From the IMG/VR virus record IMGVR_UViG_3300029305_004466: DNA of 64,000 nt, one strand, 5' to 3'. This DNA is from a virus. Its lineage: Duplodnaviria; Caudoviricetes. Below the pieces are notes generated by a model. The model saw only the letters and a program-made list of their open reading frames with translations. It was not told the origin of the DNA and searched no databases. Shown piece after piece: positions 60,357 to 64,000 of the stretch. A program made the translations under genes and the position numbers. How positions within the stretch are numbered: position 1 is the first letter of the stretch; every line of letters starts with the position of its first letter.

Positions 60357-60398
60357 TTACTCAAATAGTTACTGAACAGGTGCGTGTTCGGTTTCTAT

Positions 60399-60434
60399 AT
60401 CCTCTAACAATTGCAGTTGTTAGAGGATTTTTTT
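60399..60434 (+). terminator. Intrinsic terminator defining a ~70-nt sRNA
   Basis: ATCCTCTAACAA-TTGCAG-TTGTTAGAGGAT followed by a T-run. Confidence 0.7.
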
Positions 60435-60450
60435 ATGCTCTTTTATTAGG

Positions 60451-60479
60451 ATTATATAGTACGATTTCTGATAAGTCAA
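60451..60479 (-). promoter_or_regulatory. Sigma-A promoter (leftward), convergent with the 60328 promoter
   Basis: Minus strand TTGACT-17 bp-TATAAT. Confidence 0.7.
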
Positions 60480-60564
60480 GAGCAAAGATTTGTGAATATA
60501 ATTATTCCTTTCGGAATATTTTTAATATATTTTTCATTTTAAAGAAGAAGAAAGGTTTATCAAA

Positions 60565-61038
60565 ATGGAGGTAAATGTAAATATGATAGAGATTTATGAT
60601 TATGCTGATTTAGGTAATAAACGTTCTTGGGATTATAGTATGAACGGTAAAACACCTAAAGAAGATGGTATTGCACCAATCTGTACTACAGATAAAGAAA
60701 TAGAAATGGGTGATGTATTAGTAATTAATAAAAAAGCATATTCCATTTGTGCGTTAACATGCAAAGGACAAAAATGCAGAATGGCTTTTGTTCACGCTAT
60801 TACTAATAGACATTTTCTTGATTTCATTAACGATACTGATGAACCAGAAAGTATTTATGATGAAGATGTTTTAATATGTCCTTACTGTGGTAACAACGAA
60901 GAATCGTTTGAATTACCTGATGAGAATGAAGAACACAAATGTCCTAACTGTGGAAGCATTTTTGCTTATGAAAGAATAGTATCTGTTACTTATGATAGCC
61001 GACCTGTTAAAAAAACAGATTCAATTATTGTATTGTAG
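60565..61038 (+). CDS. Zinc-ribbon protein
   Basis: ICPYCG...KCPNCGSIF. Confidence 0.55.
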   Translation: MEVNVNMIEIYDYADLGNKRSWDYSMNGKTPKEDGIAPICTTDKEIEMGDVLVINKKAYSICALTCKGQKCRMAFVHAITNRHFLDFINDTDEPESIYDEDVLICPYCGNNEESFELPDENEEHKCPNCGSIFAYERIVSVTYDSRPVKKTDSIIVL

Positions 61039-61046
61039 GAGGTATT

Positions 61047-61253
61047 ATGGCAAACACAATAAGAACTTCAAACTCTAAAATGTTTGTTACTTGGAGACAA
61101 AGTGTGACAAAATCAGACGGGCATGTATTAAACTTGACATTACATGGTCCAAACGATACTATAATAGGTAAGGCAAAGCTAACTGCTGACCAGCTTGCCA
61201 ACTATGTATTAAAAAAGAACGGAATTGCTATTCCAGAAAAGGAGGAAACATGA
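61047..61253 (+). CDS. Hypothetical protein
   Basis: GGAGGT RBS. Confidence 0.5.
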   Translation: MANTIRTSNSKMFVTWRQSVTKSDGHVLNLTLHGPNDTIIGKAKLTADQLANYVLKKNGIAIPEKEET

Positions 61254-62917
61254 AACAGGAAGAGAAAAAGAAAAAAACAGGGAGCATAGCTACCAAACTT
61301 ACCGCATTGGCAATAGCCGCAATGATAACAGTTGTCACTATTACATCAGGTGCAGGAGCAGTTCTTGTAGGCAGTAAAATGATGAATGGCAGAAAAGATT
61401 ACTTAGGATTAGCAACATATACAATAGCAGTAGAAACATCTATGATGAGTGAAGAAAATACATCAGCTGAAACAATACAAAAGTTATTGGATAATTTCAA
61501 AAAAGAAAATACCGCAGATGTAACTATTTTTGCTTATAACGAAAGAAAATTCACCACTTTAGAAGGTGTAAAAGTTGGTTCAACAATGGATGGCGAAATA
61601 TGGAAAGCTATTCAATATGGCGACCCTTATTTTAATAAGGCAACGTATATAAATGGTATTAAATATTACGCCTATTACAAGCCTATCATGATAAATGGTG
61701 AATGTGTTGGTGCTATCTTTGCAGGTTTACCAGCAAAGGAAGTAGATAATTCTATTGGCATAGCAATGGCTAACATGATGATGATTGGTATATTGGGCAA
61801 TTTAATTTTTATTACGATATTTTTAAAATTCTCTCGTAGAATAGCAATGAAACTTAGCAGATTAAAACAAGTGATAGATATATTGACAGCCAACAATTTA
61901 TCTGTAAAGTTTGAAAGATATACAAAAATGAGAGATGAAATTGAAGAAATTAGTAATGAAGCAGCTGATTTTACCGTTCAACTCCATGGCATGATTGAAG
62001 ATATTGCTATTTTAGCTGATGCATTAGATAAAGTAGCAACTATACTTGGTGAAGGAATGATGACAGCTAATAATAGCTCTACTGAGATTTCTGAAGCCGT
62101 TGACAGTATTGCAAAAGGTGCTGAAAACCAAACTGACGATACACAAAATATTACAGAACGTATCGAAGAAATGGGTCGTCATATTGATAATATGAAAGAC
62201 TTTGTAGACATCTTATCGGCAACTGCTACAAGAATGCAGAAAATCGAAGAAGAAACCTTTAAAAATATGCAATTGGCAGAAAGAGAAAATACAGTTATCA
62301 AAACAGACATCGAAGAAGTAAATAAACAGATTGATGTTACAAACCAAAGCATGGAAGAAATTAGAGGTTTTGTTGGTACTATCAATAATATTGCAAAGCA
62401 AACTAATCTGTTATCTCTTAACGCTTCTATTGAAGCTGCAAGAGCAGGTGAGCAAGGTAGAGGATTTGCAGTAGTTGCAGAAGAGGTTAAGAACTTAGCA
62501 GAACAAAGTGCTAAGTCTGCTACACAGATTGAAGAAACAATAACCACTTTGTTAAATGGTTATGAAATGATTATTCAGAAAATGCTTGTAACAACAGAAA
62601 ACATCCAAAAGCAGAATGAACAAATCATTAAGACTAAGGATGCTTTTGTTACACTGGATAACGACACCAAGGATACAGCAAAACAGGTTGAGGAAATCAC
62701 AAAAGCCGCAAGCTCTCTTGATAACATGAAGAGATATATTGTAGACAGTATTTGTTCTTTATCCGCAGTAAGTGAAGAAAATTCTGCTGCCACACAGCAA
62801 ACTACAGCTTCTGTATTGCAGTTAAATGAAATTATTGCAGAAGCGGCTAATAGTGCTCAAGAAGTAGAAGAAAAAGCAAAAGCATTAAAAGAATACGTTA
62901 GTATATTTAAACTGTAA
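61250..62917 (+). CDS. Methyl-accepting chemotaxis protein (TM-Cache-TM-HAMP-MA)
   Basis: Signalling hairpin [40 protein letters not shown]; two TM helices flanking a Cache-like YYAYYKPI...GAIFAG sensor. Confidence 0.93.
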   Translation: MKQEEKKKKTGSIATKLTALAIAAMITVVTITSGAGAVLVGSKMMNGRKDYLGLATYTIAVETSMMSEENTSAETIQKLLDNFKKENTADVTIFAYNERKFTTLEGVKVGSTMDGEIWKAIQYGDPYFNKATYINGIKYYAYYKPIMINGECVGAIFAGLPAKEVDNSIGIAMANMMMIGILGNLIFITIFLKFSRRIAMKLSRLKQVIDILTANNLSVKFERYTKMRDEIEEISNEAADFTVQLHGMIEDIAILADALDKVATILGEGMMTANNSSTEISEAVDSIAKGAENQTDDTQNITERIEEMGRHIDNMKDFVDILSATATRMQKIEEETFKNMQLAERENTVIKTDIEEVNKQIDVTNQSMEEIRGFVGTINNIAKQTNLLSLNASIEAARAGEQGRGFAVVAEEVKNLAEQSAKSATQIEETITTLLNGYEMIIQKMLVTTENIQKQNEQIIKTKDAFVTLDNDTKDTAKQVEEITKAASSLDNMKRYIVDSICSLSAVSEENSAATQQTTASVLQLNEIIAEAANSAQEVEEKAKALKEYVSIFKL

Positions 62918-62967
62918 TTATGAAGGGGCATCTTTGGATGCCCTTTTTATTATGAAATGGAGGTAAT

Positions 62968-63588
62968 ATGGTACTATTTAGTACAAAAGTACTTATACAG
63001 CCCAAAGATGTCTATGAATATTTTCTGGAACATAAAGATGGTTTAGAAAACAGAATGGACATTATAGCGGAAAGTAATACAGATGACTTCAGTAAGAAGT
63101 CTTTTTTGTTTTTAACAACCGATTTCGAAGAAAAAGGTCAATTATTTCTTTCCCTTGAAGCTCCAGATGTAATTGTTGATAGTGAAACATGTACCGATAT
63201 TAGTGATGTAGAGAAAACAGTAGAAGATTTCATAAAGCAGTTGGATAAATTACAACCAATTGTTTTAATGGAAGATGACTATGGACCATTCTTAGAAAAT
63301 AATATATGTAATGCAATTAGTAAACACTGTTTATTTCCCGAACACTTTGACATTGCAATAATGCGAGGTACTAAAACTGAATTTACTAATGACCCACATA
63401 TCTTTTATATCTATAATAGATTAGAAAGTGGCACTATTGGTCGTATTTTAACAAACGATGATGATATAATCATAGATTTAATATTTTATGAACAACATCT
63501 TCATCGTTTTAGTTTAGATGTATTAGACCTTAGAGAAGAACTTGTGGGTTATAAATTAGAAATTCAAATGAAGGAGCAGGAAACATGA
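62968..63588 (+). CDS. Acidic hypothetical protein
   Basis: 206 aa with GGAGGT RBS. Confidence 0.55.
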   Translation: MVLFSTKVLIQPKDVYEYFLEHKDGLENRMDIIAESNTDDFSKKSFLFLTTDFEEKGQLFLSLEAPDVIVDSETCTDISDVEKTVEDFIKQLDKLQPIVLMEDDYGPFLENNICNAISKHCLFPEHFDIAIMRGTKTEFTNDPHIFYIYNRLESGTIGRILTNDDDIIIDLIFYEQHLHRFSLDVLDLREELVGYKLEIQMKEQET

Positions 63589-63705
63589 AATCTAACAATC
63601 CTAAATATCCTTGCAAAGGCTGCGTATATTTTAAAACGTGTGGCTCATCAACAAGAACACATCCTTGCAATGGAAGACAATTAAAATCAGAAAGGAAGAA
63701 AAATA

Positions 63706-64000
63706 ATGCCAGATATTATCCAACAGCTTGAAGCTGGTAAAAAAATGCAGGAAGAAGAAGGCATTGATGCCGCTTCCCTTAGAACTAAGATTGGTTCTGA
63801 TGAAGAAGAGCCTCAGAAAGAAAAGAAAAAGCGTGGCAGAAAAAAGAAAGAAGAGCCCGTTGAACAACAGGAACAACCACCTGTAACAGATGAGGACCCA
63901 TTCGCTCAAGCTGAGAGAATGATGAAAGAAAATGAAACAAAAGAAGAAGTCCCTAAAGACGTAGAAAATCCAGAATTCGATTTTAATGATTATTATGAAA
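63706..64000 (+). CDS. Hypothetical protein (partial, runs off the window)
   Basis: ATG at 63706 after GAAAGGAAG; MPDIIQQLEAGKK... Confidence 0.5.
   Translation, partial: MPDIIQQLEAGKKMQEEEGIDAASLRTKIGSDEEEPQKEKKKRGRKKKEEPVEQQEQPPVTDEDPFAQAERMMKENETKEEVPKDVENPEFDFNDYYE

Overview
64-kb segment of a large, AT-rich tailed phage genome. The host is probably a Firmicute (inferred from sigma-A promoters, GGAGG RBSs and a clostridial-type chemoreceptor). Positions 1-25.0 kb (minus strand) hold the virion module: large terminase, portal, prohead protease/scaffold, capsid-associated protein, major capsid protein and large structural proteins. Positions 25.2-64 kb (plus strand) hold early/middle genes: a YonO-like single-subunit RNA polymerase, ART/NADAR/macrodomain genes, SSB, HU, a nucleotidyltransferase and a methyl-accepting chemotaxis protein. 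This arm is rich in RNA elements: two hammerhead ribozymes, a ~670-nt closed ornate RNA, 10 canonical tRNAs, 6 tRNA-shaped RNAs with remodelled arms, and a ~600-nt minus-strand structured RNA. The standout is 52.8-54.6 kb. A RAMP/Cas7-like gene follows an array of hairpin-framed cassettes built from 5-nt units (N-Y-A-N-N). Read as the first two bases of successive codons, the variable dinucleotides of cassette 1 spell MFQFYGANRTGRWA, a conserved motif of phage family-A DNA polymerases. This points to a VIPR-like, wobble-skipping RNA-guided targeting system with an ACA/NYA scaffold. All calls are by eye; no database searches or folding were run.
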